A DNA stretch of 63,755 nucleotides, the filler included, from Platydemus manokwari (Eukaryota), in the NCBI GenBank assembly GCA_037951405.1. It is 6 parts of 6 records of this genome, joined end to end, with 100 filler letters (N's around TTAATTAATTAA, not from the genome) between each part and the next. Parts side by side here need not be neighbours in the genome. Positions count along the whole stretch, not along the records: positions 43,223 to 54,397 come from JBBMOY010857756.1; positions 54,498 to 63,755 come from JBBMOY011276428.1; 4 more parts are not named here. One strand, 5' to 3'. Both the position numbers and the translations under genes were made by a program. Below the pieces are notes generated by a model, which was given only the letters and a program-made list of their open reading frames with translations, was not told the DNA's origin and made no database searches. Below are positions 53,768 to 63,755 of this stretch, one piece after another (the stretch's first letter is position 1; every line of letters begins with the position of its first letter).

Positions 53768-54397
53768 GTAGATTTTATTTATTTATGATTTTTATTTTTC
53801 GATTTATTAATCTATTGATTGAGTGACGATTAATATTTGAGCAAACAAAATCAATAATTATTTATTAAATTTTAATTTTAAACAATTAATTCAGCCCCGG
53901 CTCACATTTTTATTACTGGCAGATCGCATAGTTTTATCAAAAATATAAAATCATATCCACGCAAAATAATAACTTTAAACATCAATTTGATTCCATATGA
54001 GCTGCTTGTTAATTGGGATTGGCAATAATCAATTGATTTGAACATTGAGGGATTGCGTTTAATCAAACTGGAAAATATTGACAACTGATAATGTGGCTGG
54101 ATATTGGTTTTGTGTTGCTAAGGTTGTATAATTCGATACCAATCCAGTTAGAATAATGAGCATTCATTAAAACAATGACAATAAATGAGCTTGATTATAA
54201 TTATATATTTAATGAAATTATTATTTTGAGAATAATCATTATCTGAGCTAATCGAACAAGATTGTTTTAATAATAAAACATAATGCTCGTATATAACAAA
54301 ATTTTAATGTACAATGTGCTTGAAAAACTCAAAATAAGACTTGGATTTTTGGAAAATAAACCGATCGTATTTGTATTTATATATTATGTTTATATAT

Positions 54398-54497
54398 NNN
54401 NNNNNNNNNNNNNNNNNNNNNNNNNNNNNNNNNNNNNNNNNTTAATTAATTAANNNNNNNNNNNNNNNNNNNNNNNNNNNNNNNNNNNNNNNNNNNN
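54398..54497. other. Artificial contig spacer
   Basis: 44 N + TTAATTAATTAA + 44 N. Confidence 0.97.
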
Positions 54498-55842
54498 TGT
54501 CTAATTGTAATTCATAATAAATCATTGTAATACACACATTGAGTTGGTTTTAAATCTGCCAGTAGGCTTAATACATCACAATTTCATAATATATATAATT
54601 TATTATCGTTCATCATCCTTTAAAGTTATTCTGGTGCATTATTAAGTGAGACTGATAGTAAGAATCAATAACATCAAAAAATGAATACCATAAATAGGTC
54701 AATAATAGAGGCAATTACCAAAATAAAATCGATTTCTACGTCGATCCACTTATCTCCATATAAGTTGCGATAGTCGAGACGAATAAATTCAAAAATCATA
54801 TGGTCATAATACTACCTGAGGGTCCAGACGGACACAAAGTACTGATAAGACGTAGAATTCGATCAATCAAAAGAGAATAATAAAAAAGAATAAAGTGAGT
54901 GACCCCAAAACGCATCATATTATTTATTTATTATTTATTTCCAAATTTAGCTATTCCCTATTTAGCATAGATTTATTCCCAAATATAATCATAGTCGTAC
55001 GATATTTATGTTTTAGCGGTTTTATTGATTTTTAAATTATAATTATCACGATCTTTAGTAATCACCAATTAGGGTGATGTTTTATTTGAAAATAACTTTT
55101 CAAATTCTATTTTTAACTTGCAAACGGTTTGTCTTATTTCGTTGACTTCAGTGTTCAATGTCATTCTTATGGAAGTTGTTTATTTCATTTAAAATTTATA
55201 TGTTTATAATTGTAAATCTTGCTTTAAATCAGGACATTTCGTGTAATATCTTATTTATTCCATTTTATTCTCTTGGAAATTTGAAGTTCTACTAGAGGCT
55301 TGTTAAGTCATCTGTGGGTATTTTAAAATATCTTATCATTGTAGCCTTTGACTTTGACTCCACCTGATTACTTTCGACGAATATCTCTATACAATGATCC
55401 GTGTGATGGAAATCACTCAAATCCCAAAACAACTGAATGATTTGTATTTAAATAATTTTTAAGTGGTATTGCAGAATTCAATGTATTTAATCGACTTGTG
55501 TTCTATCTATTTATTTTCTGATGTTCAATGTCTTTCGCCTATATATTTGCTTAAAACTATTTTGGTTACGATTTTGTGTGAATAGGTTTTACATTTTACA
55601 CTGATCTAGTTAAATTTAATAATTAATCTTTTTATTATTTGGTTGAATTCTTTATTTATTTTTATTTATTGAGTCTTATACTTTTAAAGAGATATAATAT
55701 ATTTTCATAACATAAATTCAAAACAGCAACAAAATTTCCATTGTGGTTATGATTGAATGATCTTTCTCGAAATACTGGTGGCATTCTTGTTAAAAATTAT
55801 GCTCTGTTAGAAATATTTATCATTTATAATTTAAATTTAGAG

Positions 55843-56224
55843 CGGTGATTCCCAAAGTATTCCATATCGACCCCAAGAGTCGATGAAGACCTGCAAGATT
55901 TTCTACGTGGGTTAAAATGGAATAACAAAACTTACTTTATTTATGAGATCATTAGTTTTAAAAAAGGAAAATATTTCATAATAATATAAACTGGTAATTA
56001 GGCACATATAAATTAAAGTGACTTAAACTGGACATCATTAACCGAGGAAATTTGGGATTAAATCTAACTAAGTTGTAACAGATGTAACAGATACTATAAT
56101 ATTTAAATTTAAAATTAATTAATAAAAATAATAATTATATTAAAACACATTATAAGAACTTCACTACCCAAAATCGAAAACCATGGCAAGGGGTGTACGA
56201 GAGAGAAAGGTTTGAGAACCTCTG
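55843..56224. mobile_element. Putative old non-autonomous hAT (Charlie-like) MITE
   Basis: Ends CGGTGATTCCCAAA ... TTTGAGAACCTCTG resemble CAGTGGTTCYCAAA-type TIRs (10/14 mutual match). The TSD is eroded. Confidence 0.45.
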
Positions 56225-56410
56225 ATGTATGTAGATGTATTTTCAAAAATAAAATTATTCCTCATCGGGATTAAAAGAGATTTTATATTTTTCTAACATA
56301 TTTTACATGTTATATTTATAATTTTTTTGAAAATCAAATAATTATTTCACTTACGTCGGAGAAACAGAAGTCATTAAAAAGAGAATGTCATCAATATACA
56401 TTTATTGGCA

Positions 56411-56722
56411 CTACATTATAACACATTTACAACATTTTCTGATTTCTTTCTCTTTCGCCACTGTTTTAGTTGATTTTTCAGAATTGTCTATTTCGTTTGA
56501 CTTATCAGAAGAAGTTGCAGTCAAAGATTGTGTTTCATTGCTATAATTTTGATTGGAATCATTTTTATCACTAGGGTTAGGAACAAAACTAGATCTATAT
56601 TTGATGGTAGGTTTAATCATTAGATTGGATTTACCGATTTCTGTAAAGGGTTTGTCATCGAATTTATTGATTAATGTCGAAACACTTTGTCGATCTTCAT
56701 TGATATCGATAACATTATTCAT
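56411..56722 (-). CDS. 103-aa hydrophilic protein (or terminal exon) ending in a CaaX prenylation motif
   Basis: Open frame ending in KEKEIRKCCKCVIM*: a basic stretch, extra cysteines and CVIM. Confidence 0.6.
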   Translation of the reverse strand: MNNVIDINEDRQSVSTLINKFDDKPFTEIGKSNLMIKPTIKYRSSFVPNPSDKNDSNQNYSNETQSLTATSSDKSNEIDNSEKSTKTVAKEKEIRKCCKCVIM

Positions 56723-57439
56723 GTTTTATTGATTGAGATAATAATTTGATTTAATAAGATCATTTATATTATCAAAGTATTATGTAATATAAATGTAAAT
56801 TACATAACATTATTATGATAATGATTTAATAATTATTTAATTTATTTAATCATTTCTATATTTATTGTTATTTACATGGAATTTGTCAAATATTTAATTA
56901 ACAATTCAGAGAATTATTTATAAAATCAATACTGATTATAGTTATTATCAATCAGTCATTGGCCTTCATTTGTGATCTGATTTTATAATTATGTCATCTT
57001 CATCATACAACCAATCGAATTATAAAACATATGAAGTTATTATTTTGTGACGTAATAATCCTTTTAGGATTCTGCAGCTAAATAAAGAATACATGAGAAA
57101 TAACACAATTTTATTTAATTATTTATTGATAAAGTAAGGATAATAATTAAAAGAACCCATATCATGTCCTAGAATTTTGCCTTGAAATATTGACAATAGA
57201 CACTTTACAACTCTGTGAGTGACAACAATTATATTACATATTAATAATCACGAATACTTTAAATATCGGTTATTGCAGAATTCTTTTATCAAATAAAAGA
57301 TTCTAATTTAATGAACACAACAATTTAATTTAAAATTATTAAATCATTCGTTAAATATTTTTGCGATAAAACTAAGATTCAATATTTTAAAACATTGAGA
57401 AAAAACATAACCATAATATTTTAAATTATTATTTCTATA

Positions 57440-58450
57440 AGGTCCCCTCCATTGTTTCAGCTACTTTAATCGTTAGAATTTTATCACCTGAGGGAATTGA
57501 GTCTCCACTAGTCTCTCTGACTTGAATTCGTTAAATCAATAGGAGTCTTCATACTGGTATCCATTCTTCTTCGTCTTGGTTGGATCTACGCGAACTAGCA
57601 CCTTCTCTCCCACCTGAAAATTTTGATGTGTTCCTTTCCCCCTGTCTTGGTTAGACATTATGTTGGCTGCCACTTTAGAACTTTCTCTAGCTGCTGTTGC
57701 AATATCATCTCAAGTCTCGTTCATGTGACTCACAACCGTCTGGATATTGATGTTTCGACCATAGATTATCTCAAAAGGCAGCAATCCAGTCCAATTTTTC
57801 TCGGGACTCTTACCCTTTAAGGTAGTCGTTATGATAACTCGTACCGTTCGATTGATTCTGGTATAGTGATTTGAATTCATGTTTGCTTTCCAATTTCGAA
57901 CACGCTTCTAATAATTTTGTCTCAAAAATATTTGCCGTTATCAGATAGAATGTTCTTTGACTTTCCAAAACGACACAAGACTTCCAGTAAATCGTCATGC
58001 TTTAGCTTTTGAAAAGTTTCTAATGCAGTAGATAATCCAAACGCGAGTTTGTTGAAACAGAATTGGCCAGTTCTTCTGCTAAAAAACTGTGCAATCTTAG
58101 GACCTCGAACTGAGTTCGACTTGGTAATGAGCCCACCCCAAATCTATCCAGCCGAAATATTTAGCATCCATCAAACAGTCTAAAGGTTCAGGGTTATTGG
58201 CATAGGGTAGTTGAATTTTTCTGTCATTCAATTGAGGCTTTTATAATCCACACACATCCGGATGGTTCCGTCCTTTTTTCTTATGATGCCTAGGAGTGAA
58301 TTGCAAGCATTCTTGCATGATCTTATTACTCCTATTTCGAGCAAGGATTTTATAACATCTTCGATTTTTGCTTTTAATCTCATAGGCTGTCTTCTGGGAT
58401 TCTGGAAAATAGGCTTTCCGAAAGTTATGATATCGTGAATCACTAAGTTA
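57440..58450 (-). mobile_element. Heavily deleted Ty3/Gypsy pol remnant (RT N-terminus plus integrase C-terminal pieces)
   Basis: HDIITFGKPIFQNPRRQP...IKSLLEIGVIRSC...RKKDGTIRMCVDYKSLN...YPMP (RT start); TGLLPFEIIYGR (integrase tail); purine tract GGAGGGG near 57445. Confidence 0.85.
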
Positions 58451-58559
58451 GGTGATTGTGATCACCTTTTTCAGCTGAATGCGGAATGTATTCATTGCAT
58501 CAATACATCCGTTTAAGTCTGGGCAAATTCCAATTGTAAATGAGAGAACACAGAGCAGA

Positions 58560-61500
58560 TGACCGAACCAAGGTTTTCAAAACTGCAAGTAAAATGGTCA
58601 TACAAAAGAAATATTATGGTTTAAGAAACCTGGATGGGAGAATGTAAATTTTTAAGGATATAGCAAGAGCATGTGATGAATTAAAAAGAGAAAAGTTTAT
58701 CAAAACAACTGCCTTGGAAGACCAAGAATAAACTGCAAGATTCATGTCATCTCAAAAATTAGATAGAGAAATACTCCATGCTGAACTCGCAGAATTAGTT
58801 CTCCAGTTAGTGAGACAAAATAAGAAGAAAAATTAAACGATTTAAATAAGTATGACTTGAAATGAATTAGAGAAAATAAGAAATCATTTGAAACAAATAA
58901 CTCAAAAGGGAGTATCACAAGACCAAGTAGAAGGTATATTAGTATTAGAATCCAGTATTATTTAGAATGCTGGCTAAAAGCTCTAGAGACATCATAGGAA
59001 ATACAGTAAGAGTTTTAGTGACATTGAATTTCAACAGCCCAAAGCACAAGACTGTCATAAAATTTATATTACAGTGAGATGCAAAATTAGGAACAATAGA
59101 ATTAGAATATTTTGGTAGTCCACTTACAGATAATGAAAAGTTCAAAAAAGCAGGAATTCTACCACAAGTTGACTTAGAAATTAAAGTCGAATATAAAGAG
59201 AAATCTATTATTGAAATTAATAAAGATGGAGAACAATTTAAACTATTAAAAAGGATATCCGCAGAGACAATATAAAAATTAAGTAGGTTTATTGAAAAAA
59301 TTTAGGAGTAAGATTGTCTAATTAATAGATATTTTATCGAAATTCAGAGTTTTTTATAAAATTTGGATCATATCTTAAGATATCGAAAGAGAATATAAGA
59401 CCTACGCACATAATGATATCGTGGGACATTTTAATAAGATTGTTGAAGCTCAATATTGCACTTAAATAGCAAAAGTAAGAAGAAAAACGAAAGGCATCAT
59501 GGAGAATTAGATGAAGATTAATAATTAGATGAAGATGAGTATCTAATTGACATAAGATGCAGTCAGAATGAAATAATTATAATCGCTATAATTTGCTTGG
59601 ATAATAGGAGGCAAATGATACCAAGGCCCGCCGCACTATACCAGTTAAATAATTTACGAAGCTTCAAAAATGTAGGTGCAGCTTAAACTACTTAGTAACA
59701 GAACACTTTTAATAATAACAAAAGAACCAGAACCAAGAATCAAACCAAATCAACAAGTTTTGAGTGGAAGAATCAAGACCATAATAGCCAGGTCCAGAAA
59801 GTGCAAGCAAACTTCAAATGTCAAAGCATATATTAAAATCGCAAAGGTGCACCAAATTTTAACGCACAGGAAGTATGCACGAGGCATCTACACATGCAGA
59901 AGATATGTTAGATAAAGTGCTGAAATTAACTATTTAAATTTACACTCACCAGAAGACAGCCATAATTACTGGACAATAAGTTATTCATGAAATTAGAGTC
60001 AGAATTAGTTGAAGTAAAAGAACAAATATGGCATATTATATCAAATGAAAAAGAGGATGATGAAGAGATCATTAGAAACTTTGCTCAAAGGAATAAATTG
60101 TCAAGAAAAAGCTAAAATACCTATAACCTTCATGATACGACAATTATAGTGAGTAATTATCAAAAATCTTCAAAATTAGGAAAGCGGACTCGCAGTTGGA
60201 AAAATATATCGAGTCATTAATGAATAAGCAGTTTGGATTGGAAAGACTAATAATGGAGAGGAATTAAGCAAAACCAAAACAATGTAAACACTAAATGAAA
60301 AATTAGTCACTATAATGAAAATAATATTGTTAATGAAAATTAAAAAAAATAGTTTATAAGAATCTTTAACTGCGATAATTTGCAGCTGCTAAAAATATAT
60401 TCATTAGTAGGTTTAAAAGAATGTCCAAAAGCTGGAAAGATGAAAATCAATATAACTAAGGATAGGAACCACGTAGATCAAAAAACAATCTACAGAAGAG
60501 TAAATGTAAGAGAATGCATAATCAAAATGGCTAAGTTTGAATATTATTGCGGATACCATAAACATGCATCGATAGTCTGTCCCGAAATGTTATCCAAAGT
60601 TATAGAAGTTCTCCTAACAACTTGTAATGATGTTATTACCACCACAAAATTAAAGATTAATGAAAAAACGATTCTTAAGTTAGAAATCGGAGTAACAAAT
60701 TTAAGGTGACAATCTCTGCACTGAAAGAACAATTAACAAAGGAAAATATTATGTGAATAAAATATTTACAATTTATGATTGTAAAAAGTAATTAAGACAA
60801 GTTGAAGAACTTTTGACAAAGAAACAGAAACTATAATATCATTCCAAAATTCAACAACTAATGTTGATAGCTGTTTCATCGAACAAGCACATATAGTATA
60901 TAAGGTGCGATTAATTGAAACCGAGTTAGCTTACTTGAGCTACGCAGAATTCCCCCAAATGAAGGAGAGATAATTAAAAGATAAATTTCATATTTAAAAG
61001 TCATCTTAAAGGAGAAAGATACAACAAAAGAATTAGAACTAAAGGAAACCGAAATAGCACTGGTTAGAATGAACAAGAAAAAAGGAATGAGATTTGTCAG
61101 CAAAGAACTAATGTAAGATGTGGAAAAAGAATTTACCACACAAATACTGGTGATTTCAAATAGAAATTGAACAGACCAAGAAAGTTCAAGCAGTGAATAT
61201 TCGAACAGATATCCGTAATAGCAATAAAATGAATATCTTTATCATATAATACAGGATCAGATTAAAGAAGTCTACTATGACATGATTCTCAATTATTGTA
61301 GGATCAATGGAGAAATGTCGAGAAACAGATTCTCAATATTGGCCAATAATCTAACGTTGGTAACACCAATGTTGTTTCTAGAAAAAAAAAGAATATTCAG
61401 CAGAATAATAGGAAAAGCCTTATACGGTTGAATATGCAATATATCAGCATTTATAAGAATGTGGTTTATTATAATTGTAATAAAAGTGGTCTTGAATCAA

Positions 61501-62500
61501 TGTATTTCAACGTATGCATTAATACGGGTAAGCGAATCGATCTGCTAAATATTCAATAAAGACTCAACGGAAAAAGAAGATAAAAGGTTATTGAAGAACC
61601 AAGACGAATAGAGTGCGAAAGAGGATTGGAACTCAGTCGAAGGAAAGCTAGGCCAGGATCATCAGAAAGTTTGTTTTAGTAAGACATTTAGATGTTATCC
61701 ACAATAATCTATAGCACCATATGAGTTAGAACAATTATATCCAATTATATATCAATAACCTACTTCAAGGAGCCATAGTCATTGGTCACAAGGTGTTTGA
61801 AGTGTTAATAGTTCCAGGGATTACTCATGCGATCAAAGTGGTGTAATGGAATTGTAGAAAGCACAAGAACACATAAAAAGAAATAATGGAATGAATGACT
61901 TTCCAAGGAAATTTGTGAAATATGAAAAATTTCGCATACTAGAGATAATACGAAAAATTTACCAAGCAGTAGAAGCCAGATGGAAAGATCATGAATACAC
62001 TTAACCAAAAAAGACAAAAGAAGTATACAAAGCCGAGAAAGAGATCAAATCAATAATATCGTTTCAAAAGTAAATAAATCAAGATAGGAATCTGGGAAGA
62101 CCGAGGTCACGGTACTCGAAGCTGGTAAATCGATGGAAGAGGACCACATACCCTTGAAAAACAGTGATCGATGAGACTCAATATCGTCACAAGCAACAAA
62201 ATAAAATTTAAAAAGTTGATGCCAATAAAAGAGGAGGAGAACATTTGAGATTTTCAAAATTCTATAGAGATTTTGGATGAAGACAAGATTCCTTAGAAGT
62301 ATATCAAATTAACGGATATGACTAATCCGGAATCAAGGAAAAAATACTTTGTGACAAACCTGAGTGAATGTGGAAAAATAGAAATATTTCATTATGAAAG
62401 ATGAAGAAATACCATCACAAAAAATCACGGAAATTTAAGAAAGAGTCCAGTCTCTAGAACGGAGGATTCTAGAGCTAGAAATAAGGGAGCTCTTTTAGTC
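58560..62500 (+). mobile_element. Decayed LTR-retroelement-like unit: gag/PR-like, integrase-like, env-like, extra ORF
   Basis: Strongly A-rich coding-like plus strand over ~4 kb. Protease-like tail IIGNTVRVLVTLNF...FIL..LGT..LEYFG (~58990-59120); AHNDIVGHF (integrase zinc-binding HxxxxGH, ~59405-59432); integrase-tail-like YNLHD.IIV...KLG (~60120-60190); then the glycoprotein. LTRs were not identified. Confidence 0.55.
60300..61570 (+). pseudogene. Envelope glycoprotein remnant resembling chuvirus-type / gB-like class III fusogens
   Basis: FNCD...YSLVGLKECP...QKTIYRRVNVRECII...YYCGYHKHASIV...EV..TTC (N-terminal part); EYLYH.IQDQIKEVYYDMILNYCRINGEM.RNRFSILANN...SRIIGKALY (central helix); SAFI.MWFIIIVIKVVLNQCISTYAL (TM). 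Contains stops, frameshifts and an internal deletion. Confidence 0.7.
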
Positions 62501-63755
62501 TTCAGAATTTCACAGCCTCTAGAGTTAATATGTTTAAAGATAAAAATAAATAAATATAACAAAAATAATAATAATTACTATTTAGATAAAATTATTATTT
62601 CTAAAAACAAATAATAAAATTAAATAAACAAAAGAATTTATGAATTAAAAATAGCAACTAGTAAATGAATTTTCAAATTATTAAACTATTAATGTTTACT
62701 GACTTGGCATTTTATAAATGTTAAGCAAATATCATTTGTTTTCTGAACCGTGCTGCTATCAAAAAGAGACATAAATGAATTGCACTTGGTTGACGATTGC
62801 ATTCCGAATAAAGAGATTTTAAGGAATTTATCGAAGCAGATTTCAGATTTCTTTTGGAAACTTAAATTCAAAATTGAAACACTTATAAATATATTAGGTT
62901 AAATACTCAATTGGTAAATATTTAACATGAATTCTATCAAGGAAACGAATGCGACCTGAATCAACAAGTCGACCTGTTTAGAGGATGAAAAGATTTCCGA
63001 TAAATTTGATGGATAGAAATCAACTTAGAAAATAGAGTTAACTGTGAACACAAGCCCTACCAGTTTAGACTGAAGGTCTCGGTCTTATATGCAAGTAGTG
63101 TCAATAAAATCATGTCTATTTAATAAATATTAGGTCGTTTAAATTAGTCAGATAATTTTATGTATAAATTGATATTAAATAAATAACATTTAAACAGCAG
63201 GTTGAATTATGTACAATTCAACCAATATACAAGAAAGGAACTGATTAAAATAAGTATGGTCAAATATAAAATAAATTAGAGAATATTTAATGTAAGATAA
63301 AAAAATGAATTTAATTAATATTTATTATAAAACTTTTATTATAAATTATTATGAACAATTATTATTGTTAGTGCTTGTACCAGATATTTCACTCGAAATT
63401 GTTGATTTAACAAAAGAAGTCATTATTACGATTTTCTTTATTGAATATCAACAAATAAAATAATTTTTAATTTAAATTGTTTTTAAAAAAATTTCTAGAG
63501 AGATCTAACTATCAGTCTTATTGAGGTAAAGGTAAATTATTTAATAAATACTTCATTTTAAATGATTTAATAAAATTTATTTTGAAATTTATTAAATTAT
63601 TTTAAATTGTATTAGGTTGTTGGGAAAATAATGGCCGTTTTTGCATTGCATATTTAAACTGTTAATATTTAACTAAACTCATTAGCAATTATTGATGTAT
63701 TATATGTCATTTTAAAGCGCGTTTATTGTACTTTCTATTCATAGTAAGCTTTCCT

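Noticed and set aside
62689-62871. Cys-containing 60-aa ORF as an exon
   Set aside because: It has a plausible donor site but no recognisable family or partner exons.

Overview
Very AT-rich animal genomic DNA with many ~40-60 nt GT-AG introns. The gene content and style suggest a flatworm, probably a triclad planarian (inference). The window is not one continuous locus: it is six contigs joined by identical 100-nt spacers (44 N + TTAATTAATTAA + 44 N), so adjacency across spacers carries no biological weight. Host genes: an intronless Na+/H+ exchanger (SLC9A), an SLC35A4-like nucleotide-sugar transporter (8 exons), intronless ALG9, NPDC1/cab-1, RFC4, a probable BRD8-like 5' part, a PDZ exon of the PDLIM/Zasp type, a small CaaX-ending ORF, and two tandem degenerate EEPD1-like nuclease copies. 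Mobile DNA: a decayed Buster/Charlie hAT with both TIRs and TSD, a gag-like fragment next to the 3' end of an RLE-type non-LTR element, a Polinton/Maverick-type protein-primed DNA polymerase remnant, several MITE or TIR fragments, and Gypsy-like remnants. The most notable signal is a decayed LTR-retroelement-like unit (~58.6-62.5 kb) carrying an envelope ORF that resembles chuvirus-type (class III, gB-like) glycoproteins. All family calls come from reading motifs by eye; no database searches were run.
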